Part shown: positions 24,101 through 35,400 of the stretch, one piece after another
Position numbering within the stretch: position 1 is the first letter of the stretch
Layout: every line of letters begins with the position of its first letter
Origin: Raillietiella orientalis
Lineage: Eukaryota
Length of the DNA stretch: 64,000 nucleotides
Assembly: GCA_036172245.1 (NCBI GenBank)
Contig: JAYWIR010000005.1
Location: 3,162,001-3,226,000, forward strand
Direction: 5' to 3'
Position numbers and translations under genes: made by a program
The notes under the pieces: model-generated
What the model was told of the DNA's origin: nothing
Database searches by the model: none
Seen by the model: the letters and a program-made list of their open reading frames with translations, nothing else

Positions 24101-27100
24101 AGCAGCAAATAGAAGAACCATATCATTCGCATAGTCCAACAGTAACAATCTCCTCGTAAAATCGCTATTGGTTTTTTCTTGAAAAAAAAAAAAAACAGGA
24201 GGAGGAGGAGGAATGGTGCATGCCGGAAACCGCTTTGCGATTTTTATGCAGGCGCAGAGATGCCGCCCGAGGCAATTCGTGAATGCCTTTTGTCTCGAGA
24301 CGTTGAATCCTTCCGGCTGCGTGCTCCGGAAGCGGTCCTCGGCACTGTTTCCTGGAAGGTTTTCATAGTGTTTGTCCGACATTTCTTCGTGGGTGTGGAC
24401 CTGATCTCTCACACCCCCTACCCCTCTTTTTGCTTCTTTTTTTTTTTCACCCTTTGTGTAGAAAAAAAGAGGTTCTTCTGAGAGGTCTATGCTATGCGGG
24501 AAGTCTTCTTGCATATGTTGCCGCCCTATCAGCAAAGAAAGAAGAGCTGGAAACCGGACAAGAACAGGAGACAGAGCTCGGAAGTGAGGTCACGGGCTAG
24601 CAGGTGTGCCCGTCTTGCTATCGTGGTGGAGGCTCATTGACGGTTGTTTACCCTCGGCAGAGACTCCAGCACGGCATCGCCAGTACTTGTCCCGGCTGCA
24701 CTTGACGTCGGCTCGCGTTGCCGTCCTCTTCATATTTTCTGCTTCCTCGCGGGGATCTCGGTTTCCTCCGAAGCCTATCGTCTTTCATGGATCCTACGGC
24801 CATTGCCCTCACTGAAACCGATACTCCTCTGTTGATGGAAGAGAGGATTTCCTGTCTGGATGGTGGCTGATCTTCCCGGCTGAATACCCGCATGCTTCGG
24901 TTTAAGCAGGAGCGCGTTTCCTTCCTTGCTCTCATCAGTCTTGCTGTCTCTACCCGCAAAGACAAAGAAAGGAACAGACATCTTCGCGTCTCGCCTTCCT
25001 CTTGGATCGTATTGCCTTGTCAGCTTTCCTTCGCTTTCTTCCCGACGCTTCTGAGAGACAGCGTCGTCTCCTCTTTCTACATTGAGACGTGCGCTGGAGA
25101 GGAAACTGAACCATACAGTCCTACTGTGGGCTTTTCCTTACACTCGCCTAGGGGAAAATGGGAAGGGAAACGGCAAACGCTCAGACATCTCACCGAGGTG
25201 AGGCGCTGCTGCTACACTAAGATTACGAACCACTTTGTCTCCATGGCACCGGGACTCCGTCACCCTCCTCCTATTCGATGGTGGCAAAGCTGATTCTTGA
25301 TGCGATCGTCATCCGAGGCGGCCTCGAGCCCTAATTTATCCGAAACCTTCCATCGGTTCGACATCGGTTCGAGGTTTTTTTCCGCAGCTTTGTTCCTTCC
25401 TTTGAGCATCCCGTGATGATCGAAGGGATCCCTACTTTTGATGATGATGATGATGGTCTCTAGCTTTCTCGCCATCTCAGGAGTCCCCTCGTCCTTTTGT
25501 CAGATCAACCGCAAGCAGGGAGGATGTCGGGATGCCGGGTCTATCCTTGCTTGAAAGATGAGTAGGAAGCTGTGAAGGGAGGAGCAAAAAAAAAAAAAAG
25601 CGAAAAAAACCAGGCTGAATTCACTCCCGCTCGACTCGGGGAACCAATGTGCTTCTCTCGTTGCCTTGTTCCCGGTTCGAACTCCCCCTCCCCCCTCCCT
25701 CCCGACGGGACTGGGAAGCAAAATGCACGCAGCAGAAATGACTCCTCGGTGGGTTTTTTCAGATCAATTCGGAGGACAGCATAGGATACCTATTGCAGCG
25801 GCTGCAACAGAACTTGAAGAGGGCGTCGACAGGGGTTGCCACCCAAGGATTCCAGGACAGACTCGTGAGCGACACGGAGAGCATCATCGAGAAAACCCAG
25901 GATTTCACTGACTCAGCCTACACCTCCCATGAGCACCGCGAGAACATCCTGGTCCTGTGCGACCGAGTCAAGCTCGAGCTGAACCACCTGATCCGAGTCG
26001 GGTTGGATTCGGTAAGGCCCGACGAGGACCCCCGCGTAGACCGTTGCAAACGGGGCGGGTGGGTCCGTTTGCAGCCCAAGGATTACAACTCCCCGAACAG
26101 CAGCTGCGGCGCGAACCTCCCAGCCTCGCCGCTCGTCAAGGCGACGAGCGACCTCAGGCAGCAGCTGCTCGCGACTGCCCTCGAGCATGCCTCGTTCCTC
26201 CTGCAAGGGAGCGTTGAGGACTCGGAGATCCTGTCGGCCGTGAAGGGAGCGGCGTTGGCGGGCGACGCCGTGCGGCTGAAAGAGCACTGCGACCGCCTCA
26301 AGGACCACATCGAGCGCATCCAGGAGATCTGCGGACTGCTCCGCCACGTGGGGCAGACGGAGCCTCTCCAGTTGGCCGCGCGCCACACGTTCGCCAGCCT
26401 TACTGTTTATGGAACTCAGGTGCTGCTTACAGCCACCGCCTTGTGCCTTCGCTCTTCTTCCAAAATCGCCAAAGTCAACTTCGAGGGTACGCCGGAAACG
26501 GAGGGGAAAGGGCGGGGGGGGGGGCAGGGAGGGGAACGGGTTGGGATAAGGGGAGGAGGGTTTTCTTTCCTTTCCTTCCTTTCTCCTCCTCTTGCAGCTT
26601 TCACGGAGATGTGGCGTTCCTTGGTCACCGACGTCACGAACATCGCCAGGGAGATCGACGAGCTCAACCGGGAGTCGTCCGCGGCCTCGAAACAAGTTTA
26701 CCTCTCTCTGCCTCGGTCCGGGGTGAGGCATTCGACCTGGTCTCGCGATCGAGTCCCCCTGACTGCTCCTCTTCTCTCCCCTCAGAAATACGGGAGGACC
26801 GGGAAGCTGGCGAAGTCGCCCCCGCATCTGAACCAGCAGGTGAGAGGGCGCAGCGCTGGTCGGAAGGCAAATCATTCCTTCCGCGTCTCTCCTGACCCTC
26901 CTTTCTTCCACCTTTTCCTCTCTTTATCCTTTTCCCTCACCTTTCCGGTTGGACAGGGGAGGGCAGCAGCCTCTGCCGCCATCCCTGCCAGAAGCAGCAG
27001 AAACGCTCCTCACCGTGTTTACCTCTCTAGGATCAGGAAAAGATAGCCAAGGCCGGACTCGAGATGAAGGTCATCTCCTCGGAGATCGACGCCGAGGCGG

Positions 27101-28645
27101 ATAAGTGGATCGACAGCGCGGTCAACGAGGACAACGAGATCGTCAGGAGGGCCAAGAACTTGTCTTCCATGGCTGTAGAGATGTACCAGTTCACTCAGGG
27201 TGAGGGGTCGGTCCGCACGACGCAGGAGCTGTTCACCCAGGCGGAGTACTTCGCCGAGGAAGCCAACAGCCTCTACAAAGTCGTCCGCCAGTTCTCCTAC
27301 CAGGTAGTGCTTGGGGAGGGGGGAACAATAGAAAAGCGCTCATCCCGAATTTTTTTCCTTCTTTCTTCCTTCCTTCCTTTCTTTCTTTCTTCCTCTCTCC
27401 GTTCCTCCTCCTCATCTGCACCAGGTTCCATCGAGCCCCAACAAAAAAGACCTCCTAGAGTTCCTGGACAAGGTTCCCACCCACGTGCAGCAGCTGCAGT
27501 TCACAGTGAAGAACCCCACCGTCGGGAAGGCGGCCACTTTCTCCAAAGTGGACAGCGTCATCCAGGAGACGCGCAACTTGATAAACATTATTTCTAGGGT
27601 TTTGACCGTCTGCTTTGTGTGCGCGGCCAAAGTAAGTGCCTTTCCAGGGTGCGCGGGGAGGGAGTTTCCGGCTGCACCGTTACCCCTCACTCCCCCATTC
27701 CTGCCCTGCAAAGGAGGGGGGAAAAGAAAAAATAAAGTAAAGGCCGTAGATCGAGTCGCGCTTTTCTCTCGAACCGAGCAAGGAGGCACGGGAACGAGGG
27801 AGGGGAGAGAGGAGGAGAGTTCGCGGAGGACTTGCCAGACTGAACGAAACTGACAAGCCGATCACCTCGATGCCGAAGAGGGAAGGAGCGCGCGCACGCT
27901 GGGTCCGTTGTTTTCCGGTTTCGGTTTGTTTGTTTTTTTTGTTGCTTTTACCGGGTTCTTTCGTTGTTCCTTGTGCTGCTTCGCGATGCTTCCCGGCGGA
28001 AGAAATTGCAATCAAGCACTTTCTTTTTCAGTACAGCCTCAGAATGCCCCATCCGCGTTTTTCATCTTTAGGTGACTTTAGAATTTTGGATGTCCTGGAC
28101 ACTGACAACACACAAACACCCGGAAGGTCTTGTCCCAAGGTACCTTGGTTGAGGAATCAATGGCACTTCAGGTCCCTTTCACCCTATCCACTAGTTGCTG
28201 TGTGTGGATTCAGATTAGAATCTTTTCCTCCCCCTGCACTGGTAGATGTTTGCATGCATATCGTCTTTGTGATGTATTAGGACCGTTGTTTTTATTAGAC
28301 ATCTGTAAGATTGCATTTAGCTGTTGGTAGGAATTAGTAGGTAGGGCTGACACCCCTGCCCGCTAGTATTAGAGATTTAGATTGTGACGTACATAATAAA
28401 CCTAAAAATGTGATTGCTTATGCATATGTATTCACACACACACACACATACAGATGCATTGTGACTGATTAATTATTTTCTTTTTCACTTTGTTTTCTTG
28501 CCAACAGTACAACTTGGACTTCAGAGGTCTGGGTCACAGAACGAGGAACAGCTTCACTTATCAGAATGAAAACGACGACATCATCGGCTTCTCCTCAGAA
28601 TCCGGGAAGGCGTATGGAGGATCGTCTTCAGACCAGAGCATCTGA
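11958..28645 (+). CDS. CTNNAL1: Alpha-catulin (vinculin/alpha-catenin family), 5'-partial multi-exon gene
   Basis: Exons 11958-12147, 16269-16441, 16712-16921, 18061-18249, 25763-26011, 26075-26486, 26598-26722, 26786-26839, 27031-27303, 27425-27631, 28508-28645 join in frame (2220 nt, 739 aa + stop) with consistent intron phases. Recognised segments: GQAVNVAIERFITVGEAI, LLSSVTRVLLAAD, TQDFTDSAYTSHEHRENIL, KIAKAGLEMK, VGKAATFSKVDSVIQETRNL, YNLDFRGL. The N-terminal exon was not found. Confidence 0.92.
12700..16000 (+). mobile_element. Decayed LINE within alpha-catulin intron
   Basis: IAFDSVLPEHVYL (ORF1-like, ~12910), PGIWEETLITNLF (~14885), VLRAEGVTLWASG...LKSASD...WGTF (cf. LYADDxxLW...LQxALD...W; ~15780-15910). 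Confidence 0.45.
16269..16441 (+). CDS. CTNNAL1: Alpha-catulin coding exon (MAIEKLCEL...LIQSKER)
   Basis: Acceptor ctcctcag, donor GTACTT; contains LLSSVTRVLLAAD. Confidence 0.9.
16712..16921 (+). CDS. CTNNAL1: Alpha-catulin coding exon (VSRTLSKLE...LLTSSK)
   Basis: Pyrimidine tract plus aag acceptor, donor GTACGG; contains FAEFVKAFSQFGAEMVEFAHLTAERQNDLKD. Confidence 0.92.
18061..18249 (+). CDS. CTNNAL1: Alpha-catulin coding exon (MCARHPEC...FWKLRE)
   Basis: Acceptor ttttag at 18060, donor GTATGT at 18250; contains RHPECTRARENRDTVF. Confidence 0.88.
24200..25050 (-). mobile_element. Decayed LINE ORF1 remnant within alpha-catulin intron
   Basis: ILSSINRGVSVSV and KAFTNCLGRH (cf. KCxNCxGxH knuckle) on the minus strand. 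Confidence 0.3.
25763..26839 (+). CDS. CTNNAL1: Alpha-catulin four-exon cluster (25763-26011, 26075-26486, 26598-26722, 26786-26839)
   Basis: Canonical GT-AG introns of 63, 111 and 63 nt; contains DFTDSAYTSHEHRENIL and KQVYLSLPR. The acceptor at 25762 is the best of three in-frame candidates. Confidence 0.88.
27031..27631 (+). CDS. CTNNAL1: Alpha-catulin two exons (27031-27303, 27425-27631)
   Basis: DQEKIAKAGLEMK...VRQFSYQ and VPSSPNKK...CFVCAAK, separated by a 121-nt GT-AG intron. Confidence 0.92.
28508..28645 (+). CDS. CTNNAL1: Alpha-catulin terminal coding exon (YNLDFRGL...SSDQSI*)
   Basis: Pyrimidine tract plus ccaacag acceptor, phase 0, TGA at 28643-28645; resembles arthropod alpha-catulin C-termini. 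Confidence 0.85.
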   Translation, partial: YNLDFRGLGHRTRNSFTYQNENDDIIGFSSESGKAYGGSSSDQSI

Positions 28646-29267
28646 CAATACGGGATGACTCGCAGAGCCAAAGGAGACGCAAGAAGAACCCGTGTGTCGT
28701 TCTTACTCTTCTGATAAGTACACGAGGAGTTTTCTCGGCTCTGGAGTCATCCTACAGACGTGTGTGTGTGTCGCCACTACTGGAACTATGGGTGAAGCAC
28801 TCGCAGCGGATGGGCAGTGCCTCCTCTGCACCGCGATTGCCGTCCACTATGAGTGCTCGAGTGCGAAAAGAAACGACTTCCGCCCCGGAGAGATCGGAGG
28901 CTTCTGGAACCCTGCAGCCAAGTCGCCTGCTAGCAGGCCCTGGCAAAAATGTGATGTCCTTGTCCTTCGTCCCAGGAAGATTGTGATATGCAAGTGCACG
29001 GAACGGCCTGGTTCTCCCGATGGGAAGTCAGTTGTTAAATTCATTACTCTGTACGTTGATTGTTATCGAGATAATGTTAATAGGAATCTTCAATAGCACA
29101 CTGCCACCGCCTAAGCACATCGAAAGTCCCGCAACTGTTGAACCGAGTGCTCTGTACATATCCCGAAGGTGCGTTTCCTCAACCTTTTCTAAGATTCCCC
29201 CTGTGGAAAGTTTAATTTTTTTTACGAGTGCCCTGATCGGTGCTTGAATTCTGAATACAAGGAAAAG

Positions 29268-29273
29268 AATAAA
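29268..29273 (+). terminator. Candidate polyadenylation signal of alpha-catulin
   Basis: AATAAA ~620 nt after the stop, followed by T-rich sequence. Confidence 0.45.
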
Positions 29274-29499
29274 TTTTTACTGTATTAATGTAAAATCCCG
29301 GATGCATTAAAGATGTACATATCGATTAAAATATGCTAGACAGAGAAATCTTTATAATGCTGCACGTTTTCTAAAAAAAGAAAGAAAGAAAAAAGGACAT
29401 AAAGAAATAAACTTTCTTTGTATTATGCATTGACCTTTATTTTTTTTCCTCCCCCTCCCTCCTTCGCTTTGTTGTTCCTTTGGAATGCATCCAGCTCGG

Positions 29500-32400
29500 A
29501 TGTCTCCTGTTCGACCAAGGAACGGCTGAGGATCACGGGAACCGAAGAGGAACATCCAGAGCAGCACGCTTCGCTGCCTCCCGCCATCCCCTTTCTCCTG
29601 CGCGGAATTCACCGGGGCGGTTTTCGTTCCCCCTTCGCAGCTCCCTTTCAGTCGTGGAAATCCAGCAGGGTTTAGATCTGCTTTCGCTGCTAGGGTTTTC
29701 ACGGTTGCACCTCCAACTTGCATTTTCTTCGACAGATTTCATGAAACTTGGGCACCTGATGGATGCATGGGTGGCCATCCGATCCCTAATGGCTGTCTCC
29801 CTGAGGTCCCGGGATCTCCCGAAGGAAGAGAGCTGGGTATCCCGCAAATGCATCGCGGTACCCTACGGTCGCCCCTGGTTCCCAATATGGCCACCATAAT
29901 CTATCGGATCCACAGTCAGAAACACTCTTCCGATGAAGGAAAAAGGTCTAGAACATCGACGCCAGCTATGGACGAAGGACCCTTGGAAATGATCCCATCG
30001 CTTTATACGAGCAAAGCAAGGTGGACATGGCACGAAGGAAGAGACTGTAGGCATCTTGGTGCCTTTATTTTTATTGAATTCCTCCGTGGGCTCAACAAGA
30101 AATGCAGGAGGTTCTCGACGTGACCCAGGACTCCGTGTCCAGAAACCGCTGCTGCCTGGATTTAGTATATGGAAGCTTGCTCTTCCATCGTCCAGGATGG
30201 TCTAGATGCAAACCGGTAGAGGGTATCGAGAGGGATCTCTCGTCCATCCTTTTACGGGTTCCTTCCTGCTTGCTTAATCATTTCTTCCATCCGACAGCGA
30301 TTGGGGCTGTCGAAAAGTGAAACCGCAACTTCCCATTCGGAGGAGCAGGAATAGGACACTTTTCACCTTAGGCTTTACCTTTCTGCCATCCACACCCGGT
30401 TTTGATGACACTATGCCCTGCTTCACGAAACTACCGGTCCCGGAAGGAGCTGCCCAGTCGGAAGCCTCACCGGCCAGTGACATGGTGACAAATTGGTCGG
30501 GAGAGATCGGTGCAAGCAGTAAGGGGCTGAGGCTGTGAGCAAAAGCAGCAGGAGTGCGGCGGCCGTTACGGGATCCGGAGACCTCCAGGGCGCTTTGCGT
30601 TCGGCGCACATCTCTCACTCGGGTGCCGCCCCCCTCTCCAAGGAAGTCAAATGCTTTTTACGACCCGAACTCCGTGCAAATCCTGGCTCCTTCAGCCTGA
30701 AGCTTCAGATCTAGCACAGACGCTACACATCGGGGAGCCCAAACGCGTTCTGAAAGGATTTCCCGCGAGCGTGCTACCTGTCTGGTCACGAGGACTCATC
30801 CATTGCATTTGATTAGCCCAACTCCAGCAGCAGTGTGGTCCCTCCCTTCTAGTTCGCCTTGCTACTCGGAAGCTCGCGCACGTTCGCATACATCCTGAGG
30901 ACCACGTCCGGTAAATTTTGCAGGGAAGTTCCCAGCTGACCCCATCTCTCGATACGTGCGACCGTTCGAAAAATTCAACGCGTTTTCCCCTCCCCTTCCT
31001 TCCCGAGATGTTAGGCATCCTCCTGATTTGCTCGGAATGAAGTCAAGGTCATTTGACTTGAACCTGAGTCCAGAATGGACACGTCTCCAAGAAGGGTTTT
31101 CTGCGTTCCTCATTCGATGGCAGTCCCCGCGCTTATCACGGACCGGTGCTTCTTGTTCAACACCCGCAAGCTTTCCCTGGACCATGCGTTATTTTCTACC
31201 TCTGGCGAACACCTTCATCCGGAGCTTTCTCAAAGTTCACCTGGTGCCAGCTGGATGGAATGTTAAGGAACGAATGTTGAGCTCTCTGGAGAAATCAGTG
31301 TTACCAGATCGCCGAAAATTCCGCTTCAGTTTCTGAAAGGCGGGAGTGACTCCACTCTCTGATGTAGCTCCGACTGTGGAGAGGTTCAAAGCCTTCACAG
31401 GAAAGACTTGGAAGCTCCCGATTGGTTGATTGCGCACAGGCGTGGACTTTCCATGGGAATGAATAACGCTCAGCTCTTCCTCTATCTTCCGTTTCCTCTT
31501 CCTCCTTATATTTGGTGGTTTTCCCTCTCCTCTCCCCCCTTCTTTTTTTCATGTGATATGATTTTCGGACTCTTCAGCATCGTCTGCCCTCAGCTTCTGA
31601 GCTATCCTGGAAAAGTCGGTTTTCGTGTCCTCAAAGTTCTTCTGTTTGATATTTCTAACATGCAGCGGAGCAACTAAAAGCAGGGGGTCTTTCCCTCTCT
31701 CGTCTTCTTCCCTGACGCTTGAACCAGCAGAATTCATTCTTTCGTCTCTAAGAAGTCCCTGACTCCTCCCAGGAACGTAGACACCATGATTCACGTCGTC
31801 CCCGACGTTTGATATCAGTTTCACTTCCCTTTTGGGATGCTCCCTGCTGTTCTTAAGAGCTTCTGTGCTCTACAAGATGGCGGAGAGTGCTTTCCTCCAG
31901 TTTCTCTTCCCCGTGCTCAAGTCTCGCACACAGAAGAGTTTGGTGCATCCAAAACCTCACTGCACTACGGACAGTAGCAACATGGAAAAGATTCTTGCTC
32001 TTGAGGCACCGGCCGATTGCGAAAGCTGCAGAGTCTTTAGGAAAAGGAGGAGACAACTAAGATGTGCCTCCCACCCCCTCCGATCTTTGGAGACTCAGAG
32101 AGGCGCGAATCAGAGGAAGAGAGGATGTGAAACAGCCAGGATCTGGAAGACCACTGGTGCTTCCGGGAAAAACTCTTCCGATCTCTGCGCAGAAGGGCTC
32201 AGAAGCGCTAACCAATGCTGAACTGCGAAATATTTTTTTGCTCCCATTCCGTTTGCCTTCCTCGTTTCCCAAGAACTGAGCAATCGGAAGAGCATCTGAG
32301 TAGCTGTGCTGTTGGCTGATCCTTCTGCAATGACCATCTATTAGAAGAGCTCACTCGACCTCTGGCAAGGGAGGTCACATTTGGCCGTTCACTGAGCCGA

Positions 32401-35400
32401 TTTTCTTGACAACACATAAATAAATGGAAGGCAACTTTTAGAATGCCGAGAGTCCGCTCATTTCGCCTACGCACTCATCCTCGAAAACGAAGGATGCTGA
32501 AGAACGACCGGGGTTTCGCTCAACGACGTCATCCGGGCAAGAACCTTCCGGTCGGTTTCAGGCAGCAAGCATTCGATCAGCAGCCAACTGCTGATTAAGG
32601 GAGAAGACGAGCTCATGCGTCGTGCTCGGGAATCGCGGGAAGGAAGATGGTCACCATGATTACCTCGTTCCCGCAGCGAGAGCCAACCCAAGCCTCTATA
32701 GGGAACATCGCTCCCACCTCGGGAGAGCGTCCCCTCTGAGGACTGCAGATCCCAGCTCAAGGAGAAAGAAGGATCGGTGCGAGCTGCGTCACGCGGAGAC
32801 GCGGATGGGTGGAGTCACGAGGTCAAAGACACGCGGAAACCTTTCCCGATCGACCCTTCTTCCGGAAGAGGGGAGAAGGCGAGCCTACCCGGCGATAGGA
32901 AATGAACGTTGAGCTTTCTTACCGAGGTTAGCGATTCCGTGCTGGGGAAGGGGGAAAGGGTCAGACATCGACAACCTCCCGAGTTTCACCCGAAGGACGG
33001 GGAAACATCACTGTGGCGGCAGGATGCGGAGGAAACTCTCAGTCGACGGGAGCACAGTGCACCCCACTGGAGGGCACAGCACGGCCTTCTGAAACCCTGA
33101 GCTCACGAGAGCGGGTGGGTCCGCCAGCTCATTACGCTGCACCACGGCAGCCTCTGCTTGGACGCCCCCGGGGTAACGTGGAAGGGGCACGGGAGGAGGT
33201 ACCTCCCCTGAGGCGGACTCTACCGTGTCTTCACCTGCGTGGAGAGCAGGGAATGCGGCTCACCACCACCCTTCTACCTCGTACGCAGTCAGGACCGAAG
33301 TGCGAAAGACGGACAAACAGCCAGAGACGACGAAGGGACGTTCGTCGAGAACGTCCGGGAAGAAGAGAATGGTTTGACACTTAGACGTCAGTGGCAAGAT
33401 GCGTGATCCTGTCACGTTACAGAATGTACCGAAAGAACCGGCGCGAAGGCCGACAAGGTTTGCCACGTCAGCACAGGGGAAGGGGAGACAAATAAAAAGA
33501 AAAAATAAAGCAAACAAAATGCGAAAAATTGGAAAGTCGAGAGGGGATCATTGTGCGCTGACCGGTTTTCTCTGCACCCTTGTAAGAATGCCGGCAAGTT
33601 CCTGTTTCGAGTCTCTCAGGTGGGGCCATCTTGACGTTGTCCTCATGAAGAGGACCGCAAAATAAATAGACATCCCTGTCGTCGTGGCCTCCTCTGGAGT
33701 TGCTCCATGCAGCCACGATCCCGTGTAGGCAGTAAAGTGCTCCAAGGGATGCGGCCAGCGTGAGGGCGCCATGCGAGAATAGGCGGTTCGAAACTTGCCC
33801 TCGGGGATCCGCAGGGATCCCTCTGGGACGCGGCGAAGCATTCCCATATGGGGCGGAATGCAATCGGCGGGCGTTGCATGGGAGACCCCTGTGCAACAGC
33901 AGGGTTGTCGACTCCTGCCACTTTAGGGAGAGGGGAGCACTGTTCCAGAAAGAAGAGAATCGCGAATAGATGACCGTCAGATCTCCTCCCCTAAGGTGCT
34001 CTGACCGTCGAAGCAGGGAAAGAGGGGCTAGGAGCGACGTTTCGAAGCACGCAGTGGGCCCCGCGGACGTGGCTACCCTGGAGATCAGGGGCAATCGGGG
34101 TAAACTGGAAGAAAGAGTCCAGAGGGAATGCGCCTGCGAGATGGGTGCATTTCTCTCCGGATGAGAAACTCGGAGAGAAGGGAGCTGGGAATCGAAGAGG
34201 CAAGGAAAGATCCGAAAAGAGAGGCGACGGCAGCCATTCCAGAGCCACACACCCATTCTCCGCCATAGGTTCAGGCAAAGAGGGATGGAGATGGGCTTCG
34301 GTAGAAGCAGAGGGCACGAATCGGATGGCGAGGAGCTTTGGACCACGTGGGTGGCAGTCACTTCCGAGAAGAGGGCAAGCCTGGGGTGAGGCAAGGTTGC
34401 CAGGGAAAACCAGACGCGCCGGGGAGCTGCACTCCGAGGGAGTATTCAGGATCGGTCGGAGAAGCCGAAAGAAAAGGGTGCCAAAAGAGGGAGGGAGTCT
34501 CCTTGGGCTCACGAGGCGTGGCAGGGGTGTGTGTGGAGGAGCTCTTGGCGATGCGCCCTGCCGCTGTGCGGGCGCAAAGGGCGGGAGCGATCCTAAGAGA
34601 ATCGAGTGGTGCTCCGAACGGAGAAGGGGAGGAGAGCATAGCTCCCGCAACTTCCGGGAAGCCGTCCTGGACATTCGCGGCTCCGGGAAAAGGGCGAGAG
34701 AGGTTTCGCAGAACGAGTTGTGAAAGCCGGCGGCGAAAGCGGAGAGGAAGGATAGGACGGCTGGCCAGCATCTCTTCGGGCTGAGGAGCTCACGCAGAAA
34801 AGCGAGAAAGGGAGAGGTTGCCAGCGGAAGGCACCAGAACCTGGAACGCTACCCCTGACGTTCGAGAGCAGACCAACCCGGGAGAACCAGAGCGACGAAA
34901 CCTCAGACCGCCGCAGAAACCCTTCATCGGGTTACCGCACCTGCGGAAAGGTGGCTTCAGGTCTCCTGGATGCCTTGGGATGGGGTACCAGGACGATCAT
35001 CCTCTTCCCAGAGGCTGGATTCTCAGCAAGGGATCATAAGGACGCGCGGAGGCAGGATAAAAGGCAAGGAGGGAATAAAACGAGGGGACCTCCGGAGCCC
35101 ATTGCTCTCAGGGCCGTCCCGGCTCCAAATCTTCCATGATGGCGCCGTCTAGACGACCATGAATCTTCCCGAAATCTCCCCTTCCCCTCCCCTTCTCACT
35201 CGGTCTTTGAAGGGCCACCGAGCGTGGTGCTGTAGCCTTGGATGGGTTTCCTGAAAGACGGAGCAAAAGAAGAAATCCGTATTGGAGGACGCGGAGGAGC
35301 GTTTCTCGCTCTCCTGTTGCTCCTCCAAGGCGCTTCTGTGACCCTGGTGCGAGACGCGGAGAGGCACCGGTCCAGAGAGGGCTACCTTCTCCCTAGCTCG

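Noticed and set aside
25913..26911. 332-aa antisense ORF
   Set aside because: Shadow ORF of GC-rich alpha-catulin codons; no recognisable motifs.
25793..27046. 417-aa ORF as a single-exon gene
   Set aside because: It is four alpha-catulin exons read through in-frame introns, then running into the next intron.
33468..34394. 308-aa minus-strand ORF as a host gene
   Set aside because: Contains degenerate LINE endonuclease motifs; part of the retrotransposon fossil.
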